From NCBI GenBank assembly GCA_044223005.1, contig JBGAML010000008.1, positions 15,956-79,955 on the forward strand: DNA of 64,000 bases, written 5' to 3'. Origin of the DNA: Candidatus Eiseniibacteriota bacterium. Lineage in GTDB: Bacteria; Eisenbacteria; RBG-16-71-46. The notes under the pieces were generated by a model. The model was given only the letters and a program-made list of their open reading frames with translations. It ran no database searches and was not told the origin of the DNA. A program made the position numbers and the translations under genes. Numbering within the stretch: the first letter of the stretch is position 1; each line of letters begins with the position of its first letter. Shown piece after piece: positions 9,722-19,898 of the stretch.

Positions 9722-10636
9722 TTATTCCGCCTGGATGCCCTTGCGGCGGTCCAGCGAGATCCAGATGTCGAGCGCCAGCGCGCTGGCGACGTACACGGAC
9801 GAGTAGGTGCCGAACACGGTGCCGACCAGCATCGCGAACGAGAAGTCGCGGAGGACCTCGCCGCCCCAGATGAAGAGGGCGAGCGCCGTCAGGAAGACCG
9901 TGAAGGCCGTGATGACGGTTCGCGACAGCGTCTCGTTCACCGCGATGTCCATCACGCGCGAATGCGTCTCCTTGCGGAGCGCCTTCGAGCGTTCACGGAT
10001 GCGGTCGAACACGACGATGGTGTCGTTGATCGAGTAGCCGGCGATGGTGAGCAGGGCGGCGATGACCGTCAGGGAGACCTCTCGCCCGGTGAACATGAGG
10101 CATCCCAGGGTCACGAACACGTCGTGCAGGAGCGCGACGACGCCGCCGAAGGCGAACTTAAACTCATACCGCCACCCGACGTAAACGAGAATCACGCCGA
10201 GGCTGGTGAGGATGGCCATGAGCGCCTTGTGCCGCAGGTCGCCGCCGACCTTGGCGCCGACGGTTTCGATCCGGCGCAACTCCGCCGTGGAGCCCGCTTT
10301 ACGCGAGGCCACCGACGACTGGATCGTGGCGAACGGCTCGTGGGTCTCGGCCGGGACGCGGACCAGGTACTCGTCCTTGTTGTCGCCGGTCATCTGCTGG
10401 ATCTCGGCGCCGTGCAGGCCACCGGCGTCCAGCGCCGCTCGGAAATCCTCGGCGGGCATGGAGGGAACGGTGCGGACCTGCAGGAGCGTGCCGCCCTTGA
10501 AGTCGATGCTCTCGCGCGGACCGCCGTGCATGACCAGCCACGCGACGGTCGCGAGGACGAACAAGGTCGAGAAGACGTACGCCACCCGTCGGTACTTCAT
10601 GAACGGGATGTTGGTGTCGTGGAGGATCTGGAGCAT
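9722..10636 (-). CDS. secF: Protein translocase subunit SecF
   Basis: IDFKGG, ALLHDV, GYSINDTIVVFDRIRE, GTYSS motifs. Confidence 0.97.
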   Translation of the reverse strand: MLQILHDTNIPFMKYRRVAYVFSTLFVLATVAWLVMHGGPRESIDFKGGTLLQVRTVPSMPAEDFRAALDAGGLHGAEIQQMTGDNKDEYLVRVPAETHEPFATIQSSVASRKAGSTAELRRIETVGAKVGGDLRHKALMAILTSLGVILVYVGWRYEFKFAFGGVVALLHDVFVTLGCLMFTGREVSLTVIAALLTIAGYSINDTIVVFDRIRERSKALRKETHSRVMDIAVNETLSRTVITAFTVFLTALALFIWGGEVLRDFSFAMLVGTVFGTYSSVYVASALALDIWISLDRRKGIQAE

Positions 10637-10652
10637 GGTGGCCTCTCGTCCG

Positions 10653-12206
10653 TCAGATGCTCAGCCGCTCGACCTTGCCGCGGCTCAGCCAGAAGTCGTA
10701 GATCATGCGCGTGAAGAGCACCGCGGTGAACAGGTTGGCCACCAGACCCGTGATGAGCGTCACGGCGAATCCCTTGATGGGGCCCGTGCCGAACTGGAAG
10801 AGGAACAGGCCGCTGATGATCGCGGTCGAGTGCGCGTCGAAGACCGTGCGGAAGGCGCGGTCGTAGCCCAGTTCGACGGCCTGCCGTATCGCGCGCCCGG
10901 CGCGCAGTTCCTCGCGGATGCGCTCGAAGATCAGCACGTTCGTGTCCACCGCCATGCCGACGGTGAGGACGAGGCCGGCGATGCCGGGCAGCGTCAGCGT
11001 GGCGCCGAAGCCGGCGAGGCACGCGACGACGTAGAACGTGTTGAGCAGCATCGCGATCACGGCGACGACGCCCGACAGCTGGTAGTAGATGACCATGAAC
11101 GCCACCACCATCGCCGTGCCGACGAGGCCGGCCATGACGCCCGAGTGGATCGAGTCCGCGCCCAGCGACGGGCCGACGGTGCGCTCCTCGAGGATGCTGA
11201 CCGGAGCGGGCAGCGCGCCGGCACGCAGCACGATCGCGAGATCCTTGGCGGTGTTGATGTTGAAGTTGCCACCGGTGATCGAGGCGTCGCCCGAGGGGAT
11301 CTTGTCGCGGATCGAGGGCGCCGACTGCACGACGCCGTCGAGCACGATCGCGAGCTGGCGGCCGATGTTGGCGGCGGTGACGCGCGCGAAGTCCGAACGG
11401 CCGCGCGGCGTCATCTTCATGCTGACGCCCCACGCGCCGGGGTTCGTCGCTTCGAGGCCGACCTGCGCCTCGGCGCTGGCGACCGAGCCGCCGGTCATCT
11501 CGGGCTCGCGCTTGAGCACGTAGAGGACGCGGCCGGTGATGCCCTGGCGCGGCGTGTCGGCGTCGCCCCACATGAGCTGCGTGTCGGCCGGCAGGATCGT
11601 GTCGACCGGGGCGCTCGCGAGCAGCTTCTCGACGGTGGCGACCTCTTCCTTGCGGAAGAAGCCCTCGTCGAGCATGCGGCCGGTGAGCGGATGCTTGCGG
11701 ATCAGCGAGTCCGTGCTCGTTTCACCGTGCGCCGACAGGTAGCTGTCGAGCCGCTCGAACGCCGATCGCGACTCTTCGGGCGTGCGCACGAGCTTGAACT
11801 CGAGCAGTGCCGTCTGGCCGATCAGTTCGATCGCACGGGCGCGGTCCGTGAGTCCGGGCAGCTGCACCGCGATGCGGTCCTCGCCCTCGCGCTGGATCAG
11901 CGGCTCGGCGACGCCGAACTGGTCGATACGGTTGCGGATGATCTCCATCGCACGATCCGTCGCGTCCTTGGCTTCGGCGGCGCTGAGACGGGACTTGTCG
12001 ACTTCGAGCAGCAGCTGCAGGCCGCCCTGGAGGTCGAGTCCGAGGTGGATGGCGCCCTTGCGGAGCTTCGCCAGGGCCTCGGGATTCATCGCATCCCGCT
12101 GAGCGGGCGTCTTCGAGTAGAACTGGTAGGAGGGCAGGAGGTACCAGGCGGCGGCAAGCGTCACCAGTACCACCAGCACCAGCTTCCACTGGTCCGAGCG
12201 AAACAT
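10653..12206 (-). CDS. secD: Protein translocase subunit SecD
   Basis: LGLDLQGG, RIDQFGVAEP, LRAGALP, VGPSLG, GMAVDTNVLIFERIREE, GPIKGFA. Confidence 0.97.
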   Translation of the reverse strand: MFRSDQWKLVLVVLVTLAAAWYLLPSYQFYSKTPAQRDAMNPEALAKLRKGAIHLGLDLQGGLQLLLEVDKSRLSAAEAKDATDRAMEIIRNRIDQFGVAEPLIQREGEDRIAVQLPGLTDRARAIELIGQTALLEFKLVRTPEESRSAFERLDSYLSAHGETSTDSLIRKHPLTGRMLDEGFFRKEEVATVEKLLASAPVDTILPADTQLMWGDADTPRQGITGRVLYVLKREPEMTGGSVASAEAQVGLEATNPGAWGVSMKMTPRGRSDFARVTAANIGRQLAIVLDGVVQSAPSIRDKIPSGDASITGGNFNINTAKDLAIVLRAGALPAPVSILEERTVGPSLGADSIHSGVMAGLVGTAMVVAFMVIYYQLSGVVAVIAMLLNTFYVVACLAGFGATLTLPGIAGLVLTVGMAVDTNVLIFERIREELRAGRAIRQAVELGYDRAFRTVFDAHSTAIISGLFLFQFGTGPIKGFAVTLITGLVANLFTAVLFTRMIYDFWLSRGKVERLSI

Positions 12207-12282
12207 GGGGTCCCCCGTAAACGGTCGACCGCCGGGAAGGCATACGTCCCTCCCGGCGTGCGCAGGACAGAATGAGTGGGCG

Positions 12283-12312
12283 AGTCTACGCGGCCGGTCG
12301 CGGAAGTGTCAA
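12283..12312 (-). promoter_or_regulatory. sigma70-type promoter for secDF
   Basis: TTGACA-N18-TAGACT on the minus strand. Confidence 0.6.
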
Positions 12313-12645
12313 CGCGCGGTGCCGTACGGGATTTCGCTCGTTCTCGCAGCGCTTTGGCGGCGCCGGGAGGACGGCGCTCCGACCGGGACGGGGACGGGTT
12401 GGCGGCCCGTCCCGAATGGGCGAACGAATGCTGCCGGAGGGTCGGGGTGAGGGAGGAATGCTGCGGCTCTTGAGGTGGGATCCCGGTCGGAGAGCCCCGC
12501 GAGAGTCTCCGCAACCGCGGTGCCAGCGCGGGCGGTGTTGGCGGAACGGAGGTTGCGCCCAGGTCTCCGGGCCGCGCCCGACGTGCCGCCGACGCCGCCG
12601 ACGCGCTCCGGTCGCCGTCCGGGCAACGTCGCGTCGATGCGCGTG

Positions 12646-12674
12646 TTGACCAGAGTGGGACCGCTCCCTATAGT
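12646..12674 (+). promoter_or_regulatory. sigma70-type promoter for the OMP gene (and possibly guaB)
   Basis: TTGACC-N17-TATAGT. Confidence 0.7.
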
Positions 12675-12732
12675 GCCGCGCTCGAAGCACCGGGCACGGT
12701 GTATCCCCAGGTGGAACGAGGAGCTCCCACGC

Positions 12733-13470
12733 ATGTTCAGGCGCGTCCTGCTCTCGGGCGTCGCGATCCTCCTGATCGCGAACGCGACCGTGAGCCATGC
12801 CCAGCAGGCCGATTCCCTCGCCGCAGCCCGTTCGGGCGCGCGTCCGGGCCGGGCCTCCGTGGGCATGCAGTTCGGCGGCAACTACATCGCCGCGGGTGGT
12901 GACTACCACGAAGGTGCCCAGCCGCGCCTCGTGTTCGAGGGCAGCTACCGCTACGTCGCCTCGCCTCACTGGCGCTGGCAGGTGAGCCCGTACTTCGCGT
13001 GGAACTCGTATCGCACCGGCACGAAGGCGCCGTTCGTGGACCCCAACTTCCCGAGCGAGCCGGACAAGAACTTCATGCTGGCGCAGATGGTCGGCGCCAA
13101 CGCGCAGCTCCAGCGCATGGGTGGCAAGGCGAACTGGAACTGGCATTTCGGTGTCGGCCCGGCGCTCTATCGCGTCGTCGTGCAGAACCATCGCAAGGTG
13201 CTCAAGGATCCGGCGACCAAGGACCTGCACCAGGGCCTGTACCTGGGCGCGACCGCCGAGTACGGCATCGAGCGCTTCATGCGTTCGCTCCCGAACACGT
13301 CGCTCGAGTGGACGGTCGCCTATCACACCGCCTTCGCGAAGCGCGACGACCAGTTCCCGTCGGGATTCAACGGCACTCCGCACGCCGTGGAGTTCCGCTT
13401 CGGCGGGCACTACTACTACGATTTCAGGGTCGGGAAGAAGCCCGGAGGCACGCCTCCCCGGGCACGATGA
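12733..13470 (+). CDS. Outer membrane beta-barrel protein
   Basis: Signal peptide ending VSHA; amphipathic aromatic-rich strands; terminal strand [12 protein letters not shown]. Confidence 0.7.
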   Translation: MFRRVLLSGVAILLIANATVSHAQQADSLAAARSGARPGRASVGMQFGGNYIAAGGDYHEGAQPRLVFEGSYRYVASPHWRWQVSPYFAWNSYRTGTKAPFVDPNFPSEPDKNFMLAQMVGANAQLQRMGGKANWNWHFGVGPALYRVVVQNHRKVLKDPATKDLHQGLYLGATAEYGIERFMRSLPNTSLEWTVAYHTAFAKRDDQFPSGFNGTPHAVEFRFGGHYYYDFRVGKKPGGTPPRAR

Positions 13471-13474
13471 GCTG

Positions 13475-13508
13475 GACGAAGCCGCAGCGTCGCCGCTGCG
13501 GCTTCGTC
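13475..13508 (+). terminator. Perfect 15-bp hairpin between the OMP gene and guaB
   Basis: GACGAAGCCGCAGCG-tcgc-CGCTGCGGCTTCGTC followed by GTTT. Confidence 0.5.
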
Positions 13509-13522
13509 GTTTCGGGAAAGGG

Positions 13523-15016
13523 ATGACCGTGAGCGACCGCGTCGATTGGGGCGACAAGGTCGGGCCCGAGGCCCTCACCTTCGACGACGTCCTGCTGGTT
13601 CCGCGCTATTCGGCCCATCACCCGCGCGACGTCGACACGAGCTCGCGCTTCTCGCGCAACATTCCCGTGCGCGTGCCGATCGTGAGCGCGGCGATGGACA
13701 CGGTGACCGAGGCCGCGCTGGCGATCGCGATCGCGCGCGAGGGCGGAATCGGCGTGATCCACAAGAACCTCGGGATCGAGGAGCAGTGCGCGCAGGTGGA
13801 CCGCGTGAAGCGCTCCGAGAGCGGCATGATCGTGGATCCCATCACGCTGGCGCCGTCGGCGACGATCGCCGAGGCGCACGCGATCATGGCGCGCTTCCAC
13901 ATCTCGGGCGTACCGATCACCGAGGACGGGAAGCTGGTCGGGATCCTGACGAACCGCGACCTGCGCTTCGAGGACGACCACGGCCGCCGCGTCTCCGAGG
14001 TGATGACGCGCGAGCGGCTCGTCACGGCCCCGGTCGGGACCACGCTCGAGCAGGCGCGCGACATCCTCGCGAAGCACCGGATCGAGAAGCTGCCCGTCGT
14101 GGACGACGACCGCCGCCTGCGTGGACTCATCACGGTGAAGGACATCGAGAAGCGGATCCGCCACCCGTTCGCGAGCAAGGACGCCCTCGGGCGGCTGCGC
14201 GTCGCGGCCGCGGTGGGCGCGGCCGGCGACTACCTGGAGCGCGCGCAGGAACTGGTGCGCTGCGGCGTGGACGCGCTGGTCGTGGACAGCGCGCACGGTC
14301 ACAGCGCCGGCGTGCTCGAGGCGGCGCGCGCGCTGCGTGCGGCGATCCGCGACGCCGACCTGGTGGTGGGCAACATCGGGACGGCCGAAGGCGCGAAGGC
14401 GGTGGCCGACGCGGGCGCCGACGCGGTGAAGGTGGGCATGGGCCCGGGCGCGATCTGCACGACGCGCGTCGTCACGGGCGCCGGCATGGCGCAGGTGACC
14501 GCGATCCTCGCCGCGGCCCGTGCGCTCGAGGGCACCGGCGTGCCGGTGGTCGCCGACGGCGGCATCAAGTACTCCGGCGACGTGGTGAAGGCGATCGCCG
14601 CGGGCGGGCACACGGTCATGATCGGCGGGCTGTTCGCCGGCACCGAGGAGAGCCCGGGCGAGACCGTCCTGTACGAGGGCCGCCAGTACAAGGTCTACCG
14701 CGGCATGGGTTCGCTGTCGGCGATGGCCGCCGCGCGCGGCAGCCGCGAGCGCTACTTCCAGGAGAACACCGACGAGCTCTCCAAGCTCGTCCCCGAGGGG
14801 ATCGAGGGCCGCGTACCGTTCCGCGGCGCGCTGGCCGCGACGGTCTACCAGCTGGTCGGTGGCCTGCGCGCGGGCATGGGCTACTGCGGCGTGCGCACGA
14901 TCGAGGAGCTGCGCACGCAGGCGCGCTTCGTCCGGATCAGCGGCGCGGGCCTGCGCGAGAGCCACCCGCACGACGTGAAGATCACCAAGGAAGCCCCGAA
15001 CTACGAGGCGAGGTGA
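13523..15016 (+). CDS. guaB: IMP dehydrogenase (with CBS pair)
   Basis: [54 protein letters not shown]. Confidence 0.98.
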   Translation: MTVSDRVDWGDKVGPEALTFDDVLLVPRYSAHHPRDVDTSSRFSRNIPVRVPIVSAAMDTVTEAALAIAIAREGGIGVIHKNLGIEEQCAQVDRVKRSESGMIVDPITLAPSATIAEAHAIMARFHISGVPITEDGKLVGILTNRDLRFEDDHGRRVSEVMTRERLVTAPVGTTLEQARDILAKHRIEKLPVVDDDRRLRGLITVKDIEKRIRHPFASKDALGRLRVAAAVGAAGDYLERAQELVRCGVDALVVDSAHGHSAGVLEAARALRAAIRDADLVVGNIGTAEGAKAVADAGADAVKVGMGPGAICTTRVVTGAGMAQVTAILAAARALEGTGVPVVADGGIKYSGDVVKAIAAGGHTVMIGGLFAGTEESPGETVLYEGRQYKVYRGMGSLSAMAAARGSRERYFQENTDELSKLVPEGIEGRVPFRGALAATVYQLVGGLRAGMGYCGVRTIEELRTQARFVRISGAGLRESHPHDVKITKEAPNYEAR

Positions 15017-15215
15017 CGGCCCGGCGGGGCCGCGCGCCGGCCCTGCCGCGAATCCCGCGTCGTTTTCATCAGTTTCGGACTGCATCGCGCACCGCGCTCG
15101 GCTAAGGTGCGCGCGTCGTCGTGGCGGACGCCTCGCGTTCGTCCCGGCGCCGGCCCCAGGAAGTTGCTTCCCTTCGTCCGCGTTCCGGTCCGACCTTCCA
15201 TGCGAGGAGGTGCCC

Positions 15216-15770
15216 GTGCGGTCCATCGGGAGTCGTCGAGGCAATCCGATCCTGCGCGCATCCGTGGAGCAGAGCGCCCGGCGCCGCATGGAGTCGTGGA
15301 GTCTTCCCGCTGCCGGCGAGCCGGCGCCGCGCGAATCGTTCCGCGCCGCCACGTTCTCGCGCGAGTTCTTCGAGCGCGTCCGCGCCCAGTTCCTGCCGCG
15401 CATGACCCCCGCGCTCACCGTCGACGGTGCCGAACTGCGCTACTGGGGTGCCGCGGGTCTCGGGCTCTGGGGCATGCAGGCCTCGCACGGCCTCGTGCTC
15501 GCGGTGGAGTGCGCGGACACGCCGTCGCTCCTGGTCGAGCGCGCACGCCGCTGGATCTCTTGCCTGCGCACGCGCTCGGCGCCCGGCATGCTGCTGCGCT
15601 CGTGGGGCCGGCCGGTCTACGGCGCGCGCTTCGACCGCGCCTACGACGCGCTCGAAGTGCTGTGGTCCACGCCGGGCGAGTGGTGCGGCATGGTGCTCGC
15701 CGACGAGCCCGCGGTGCCGCAGTTCGTGCGCCCGCCGCACTGGGCGGACGACGAGCTGGCGCGGACCTGA
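15216..15770 (+). CDS. Hypothetical protein
   Basis: GAGGAGG SD 5 nt before GTG; coding-like codon usage; ends before a terminator. Confidence 0.6.
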   Translation: MRSIGSRRGNPILRASVEQSARRRMESWSLPAAGEPAPRESFRAATFSREFFERVRAQFLPRMTPALTVDGAELRYWGAAGLGLWGMQASHGLVLAVECADTPSLLVERARRWISCLRTRSAPGMLLRSWGRPVYGARFDRAYDALEVLWSTPGEWCGMVLADEPAVPQFVRPPHWADDELART

Positions 15771-15790
15771 GCGCGATCCGGAGCGAACAA

Positions 15791-15822
15791 AAGCGGCCGT
15801 CCCCGCACGGGGACGGCCGCTT
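15791..15822 (-). terminator. Intrinsic terminator between convergent genes
   Basis: AAGCGGCCGTCCCC-gcac-GGGGACGGCCGCTT; T-tract on the minus strand. Confidence 0.75.
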
Positions 15823-15849
15823 CGGTTTCGCGTCGAGGACCGGTTCGAC

Positions 15850-16782
15850 TCAGCGGTACAGCGACTTCATGCCGCCCCAGCTGGTCGAGTGCACGGGCGT
15901 GGTGCCGCAGTGCGGCACGCCGCCGTAGCCGTTGTCGTAGTCGTCCAGCGTCTGCGTCCAGGCCGACGTGCCGCCCGGCGCGAGGGAGCCGCTGCCGACC
16001 GAGGGCACCACGAGCCCGCCGATCGCCGCGTCCGCCGCCGCGATCGTCCCCGAGACGCCGCTCGCGCTGGCACCGGCCGCGATGTTGAGCTTCGCCGCGA
16101 TGAGCTGGCGCGCGAGCGAGACGAGACCGTTGCCGGCCACGGGCTGGTCGAGGATGGCGATCAGCTGCGCCTGCGAGTAGGTCACCGTGCCCAGCGTGAG
16201 CGACGTCACCGGCCAGTCGCCGGGGTTGGTGTGCGTCTTCCAGTAGCCCTGCGTGTAGGTGCAGCCGCTGCCCTGCGACGTCGTCGAGCACTGCTTGTTC
16301 GAGGACAGCGAGCTCTTCGCGGCCGTCGCGCCCGGAAGCGCGTACACGGTGAAGACGTACTCGGTCGCGGAGACGAGCTCCTCGGTGGTCGTGCCTGACA
16401 CGCCGGACTCGTCGTAGGCCGAACCGATCTCGATGTCGGCCGACTGGTTCGGATCGAGCGTGAAGTCGATCGTCGTCGAGCCCCAGGTGTGGAGCGTCCC
16501 GGTGCCGGTGTAGTCGACCCAGCCTTCGCCTGGCAGCCAGCCCGCGTCGGGCCAGCGGGAGCCGGCGGCGATGAACTCGGTGAGCGGCATGTAGCAGACC
16601 TCGAACCCGCCCGGCGCGCCGCTCGCTCCGGCAGTCAGCGTGAGGCGCACCTTGCCGTGTCCCGCCGAACCGACGGCGATGTCGACCGGGTCGAGCGCGA
16701 CCTGCGCGGACGCGGCGCCCGCCACGAGGACGAGGGCGACGCAGGCGGCGAACGTTGCGGCGATGCGGTGACGAAGGTGCAT
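15850..16782 (-). CDS. Secreted protein with a CTxTQGYWKxH...QLIAAKLN domain and C-terminal SWGxxKxxYR motif
   Basis: Signal peptide ending ASA; ends TTPVHSTSWGGMKSLYR. Confidence 0.8.
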   Translation of the reverse strand: MHLRHRIAATFAACVALVLVAGAASAQVALDPVDIAVGSAGHGKVRLTLTAGASGAPGGFEVCYMPLTEFIAAGSRWPDAGWLPGEGWVDYTGTGTLHTWGSTTIDFTLDPNQSADIEIGSAYDESGVSGTTTEELVSATEYVFTVYALPGATAAKSSLSSNKQCSTTSQGSGCTYTQGYWKTHTNPGDWPVTSLTLGTVTYSQAQLIAILDQPVAGNGLVSLARQLIAAKLNIAAGASASGVSGTIAAADAAIGGLVVPSVGSGSLAPGGTSAWTQTLDDYDNGYGGVPHCGTTPVHSTSWGGMKSLYR

Positions 16783-17131
16783 GGCAGATCCCTCGGGGAA
16801 GGCGTGGTTCGACGTGGATCCGTGCATTCGATCGTCCCGGGGGTCTCGCGGTGCTTCCCGACGGCGAAGGATGGACGACGCCGCGGCCCGGCCGGGAAAA
16901 CTCGTGCCTCTTAGGATGCTCGTGCGGCTGACGATCCGTCTACGACTTCCTGTCACCGGCGTGACGTTTTCCGGCCCGGATTCCTGCCCGGGAGCGCCCG
17001 CAGGCGGATTTGATGCGAATCCGCTCGCACCAGCGGGCCCGGAAGCCGAACGACCCCGGAGCGGATCGCTCCGGGGCCGTCGGGTGCTCCGCGCCGGGAC
17101 GCACTCCCGGGCACGTCCGTCGGGCGTGTCG

Positions 17132-17896
17132 TCAGCGGCGGGGCAGTTCGAACTTGAACGTGGGGTTCAGCTGGCGGATTTCGCTCACGACGCGTTCGAG
17201 GTTCTCCTGCACGTTCGCGTCGGGCTTCTGCTGCCACACGGTGTAGAGCTCGAGCAGCTCGTCCTGCTTCACGCGCAGGAGCTCCTGCTGCGAGTGCTCG
17301 TCGATCGAACGTTCGAGGTGATAGACCTCGCCGCTCGAGAAGCGCTTCATGAGGTCGAGGTACTCGCCGCGCATGTGCGAGAGGATCCGCAGGTACTTCT
17401 CGAAGCCGGTCGACAGCTTCTCGAGCACCTCGGAGACGCCCGCGTTCTTGCGGTGCATCTGCTGCGAGTACGTGTAGGCGAAGTGGTAGTAGGTCTTGCC
17501 GCGGCCGATGTAGGCCTCTTCGCTCGGCTGCAGCCGGGTGCGCGACGCGCTGCCGGTGATCGGCTGGTCGAAGATGCCGATCGAAACCAGCAGGAAGTCG
17601 GCGTTGGTCTTGTAGATCTGGTACTTGAGCCGCGCGTCAGTGGACGTGGCGAGGCGGCGGAAGACGTCGGTGTCGTACTTCGAGAGGAACTTGCGGGACT
17701 GCTCGACGTACTCGGGGTTGATGAACGAGTGGAGCAGGTGCGCGAGGTAGACGTTGACGTCCTCGTCGTAGCAGTCCTGGTTCGAGACGAGCCCCGTCTC
17801 CATGCGGCTGTAGAGGAGACAGTTGATCATGAAGTAGTACGTGGGCTGCAGGTCGCGGCTCGCGTCCTTCAGATCGACATAGTGGCGAGGGTTCAT
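17132..17896 (-). CDS. Hypothetical helical cytoplasmic protein (254 aa)
   Basis: AGGAG SD; strong codon bias; motifs DVNVYLAHLL, ADFLLVSIGIF, YIGRGKTYY. Confidence 0.8.
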   Translation of the reverse strand: MNPRHYVDLKDASRDLQPTYYFMINCLLYSRMETGLVSNQDCYDEDVNVYLAHLLHSFINPEYVEQSRKFLSKYDTDVFRRLATSTDARLKYQIYKTNADFLLVSIGIFDQPITGSASRTRLQPSEEAYIGRGKTYYHFAYTYSQQMHRKNAGVSEVLEKLSTGFEKYLRILSHMRGEYLDLMKRFSSGEVYHLERSIDEHSQQELLRVKQDELLELYTVWQQKPDANVQENLERVVSEIRQLNPTFKFELPRR

Positions 17897-17967
17897 CCCG
17901 ATCTCCTGGATTCCGGGGCCGGGCGAGCGGCCCCGGAGGGTGCGGTGCACTTCCGGTACGGAGAAGC

Positions 17968-17983
17968 AGCATCGGTTGTGCCA
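17968..17983 (-). promoter_or_regulatory. sigma54 -24/-12 promoter
   Basis: TGGCACAACCGATGCT (GG-N10-GC), about 70 nt upstream of ATG 17896. Confidence 0.65.
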
Positions 17984-18082
17984 GAGCGCGAACGAGCGCT
18001 CCGAAGGTCCCTCTCCAGTCCAAGTGCCGCAGCGGCTTCGCTCGCACCCGCCGAACAAGGGGCGCGACCACTGGAACTTGGC

Positions 18083-18145
18083 GGCAACGCCCCCGCCCGG
18101 CGGGTGGAATGCCCCGATTCCACCCCGCCGGCCGGGGGTGTCGCC
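18083..18145. promoter_or_regulatory. Long imperfect inverted repeat centred on GGTGGAAT-N6-ATTCCACC (candidate enhancer)
   Basis: Dyad lies about 120-140 bp upstream of the sigma54 motif. Confidence 0.4.
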
Positions 18146-18428
18146 GACGCGCCTCGGGTGATCCGACCCGCACGGCGTCCCGTGCAGCGCGCAATGCCCC
18201 GACGTGGGCGCGCCGCACTCCGCTCGCGACGGAGCCGCGAGCGGGGTGCGCGCCATGGGGATGGCGCGGCGCACCCGTTTCGCGGCACACTCGCGACGTG
18301 CAACGTGGGGATTCCCGCCCGGCCGCCCGGGTGACGCGCGCGGAAAGAACGCGACGGCGCGCGCAAAGGCATGTGGATTGCCTTGTTGTATCGGTGAAGG
18401 ACCACTCGTTCCCGGGAGCTGAGCATCC

Positions 18429-19898
18429 ATGACCACCACACCGACACCACGGCCACCGGCACCGGCGGCTCCGCCCGAGCGCGAGTCGCACGTCGGCTTG
18501 CGCGTGCGCCTCTGGGCGGCCTGCGTGAGCGGCGGCGTGGTGGCCGGCGTCGGGATGCTCTGGGTGCTGGGCACGCTTCCCGCGCCTACGACCGTGGCCG
18601 AGGGGAACCTGCATGCCTCGCTCGCCGGCGTCGCGTTCGCCGCGGTGCTCGCGGGCATGGTCCTGGCGTTCTGGATGGACCATCACCTCGTCTCGCACCT
18701 GCGCGGGCTGCTGCGCGGCATGCGCACCGGCCGCGTGGTCGAGCTGCGCGGCCTGCCGTCGGCCTCGGGCTGGGGCGAGCTCTCCGAACTGACCGACGTG
18801 ACGCAGTCGCTGCTCGGCCGCCAGCGCCAGACCGCGCATGCCGCCGAGGAACTCGAGCACGTGCGCACGCAGATCCAGGCGCTGCAGGCGGCGCTGGAGC
18901 AGTGGGTCCGCACCGAGCACTGGGAGGCCCCCGCGATCTCCGGCGGCGCGCTCGCGCTCGCGAGCGAGACGCTGGGCCGCGGCCTCACGCGCCGCGCGGG
19001 CGTCGACGAGCAGAACGCGCAGGCCGCGCGCCAGGTCGCCGCGGAACTGGCGGCGGCGCTGGCCGACGCGCAGGAGTCGGCGGAACAGGCCGAGCGCGGC
19101 TTCGTCGAGTCGACCGCGATGCTGACCACCGTGCGCGAGCTGCAGCGCCTCTCGGGCGAGCTGCAGGGCGCGCTCGTGGCGATGGGCGCGGCGCCGCCGG
19201 AGGCCGCGACGGCGGCCGGCGAGTCGACGCGCGAGGCGCTCGAGGCGCTCGTCACGGCGTCGCGCGAGAGCGTGGACGCGATCGGCCGCGGCATGCTGCG
19301 CATCCAGGACGTCGCGGCGCTCGTGCAGCAGCTCGCGAACCGCGCGACGCTCGTGGCCATCCACGCGGTGGCGGGCGGCCCGCGCGAGGAGGGCCCGACG
19401 GGAGACCTCGCGGCCGAACTCAAGCAGCTGGTGGTCGAGGTGCGCGAAGCGACCGACCGCACGACGCAGCTCTCGATGGACGTCGAGGGCGCCGTGGCCG
19501 AGGCCGGCGAGCGCATGCGCGTGGCGCGCGAACAGGCGCTGTCGCGGCTCGAGGCGGCGCCCGCGCCCGCGGCGCCCGCCAACGTGCAGGCGCGCGCGTT
19601 CGACGACGCGCAGCGGCTCATGGATCGCGTGCGCGAGATGGTCCAGGACGCGGCCCGCAAGGGCGAGCGGCTCTCCGCCGCGGGCGAGCGCGCGTCGCGC
19701 GCCGCCGAACGGCTCGCGCGCCGCGTCTCCGAGGAATCGACGGAAGCGCAGGCGCTCGTCGTGCGCCTCGGCGCCGAGGATCCGGCGCGCCCGCGGGGCG
19801 CGCTCCACGAACTGCACCTGCTCGAGGACGCCGAAACCGGTGGCGACGCGCCCGCGGCGGTGCCCGAGCCCGACTCGCGCGAGGAGGAACGTTCGTGA
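18429..19898 (+). CDS. Degenerate methyl-accepting chemotaxis-like protein
   Basis: 2 TMs with a short loop, HAMP-like (GELSELTD), coiled coil; tip LANRATLVAIHA...ELKQLVVEVREAT versus canonical IADQTNLLALNA...EVRKLA. Confidence 0.7.
   Translation: MTTTPTPRPPAPAAPPERESHVGLRVRLWAACVSGGVVAGVGMLWVLGTLPAPTTVAEGNLHASLAGVAFAAVLAGMVLAFWMDHHLVSHLRGLLRGMRTGRVVELRGLPSASGWGELSELTDVTQSLLGRQRQTAHAAEELEHVRTQIQALQAALEQWVRTEHWEAPAISGGALALASETLGRGLTRRAGVDEQNAQAARQVAAELAAALADAQESAEQAERGFVESTAMLTTVRELQRLSGELQGALVAMGAAPPEAATAAGESTREALEALVTASRESVDAIGRGMLRIQDVAALVQQLANRATLVAIHAVAGGPREEGPTGDLAAELKQLVVEVREATDRTTQLSMDVEGAVAEAGERMRVAREQALSRLEAAPAPAAPANVQARAFDDAQRLMDRVREMVQDAARKGERLSAAGERASRAAERLARRVSEESTEAQALVVRLGAEDPARPRGALHELHLLEDAETGGDAPAAVPEPDSREEERS

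Noticed and set aside
15017..15215. Possible riboswitch/ncRNA after guaB
   Set aside because: Only generic GC hairpins; no recognisable conserved aptamer motif
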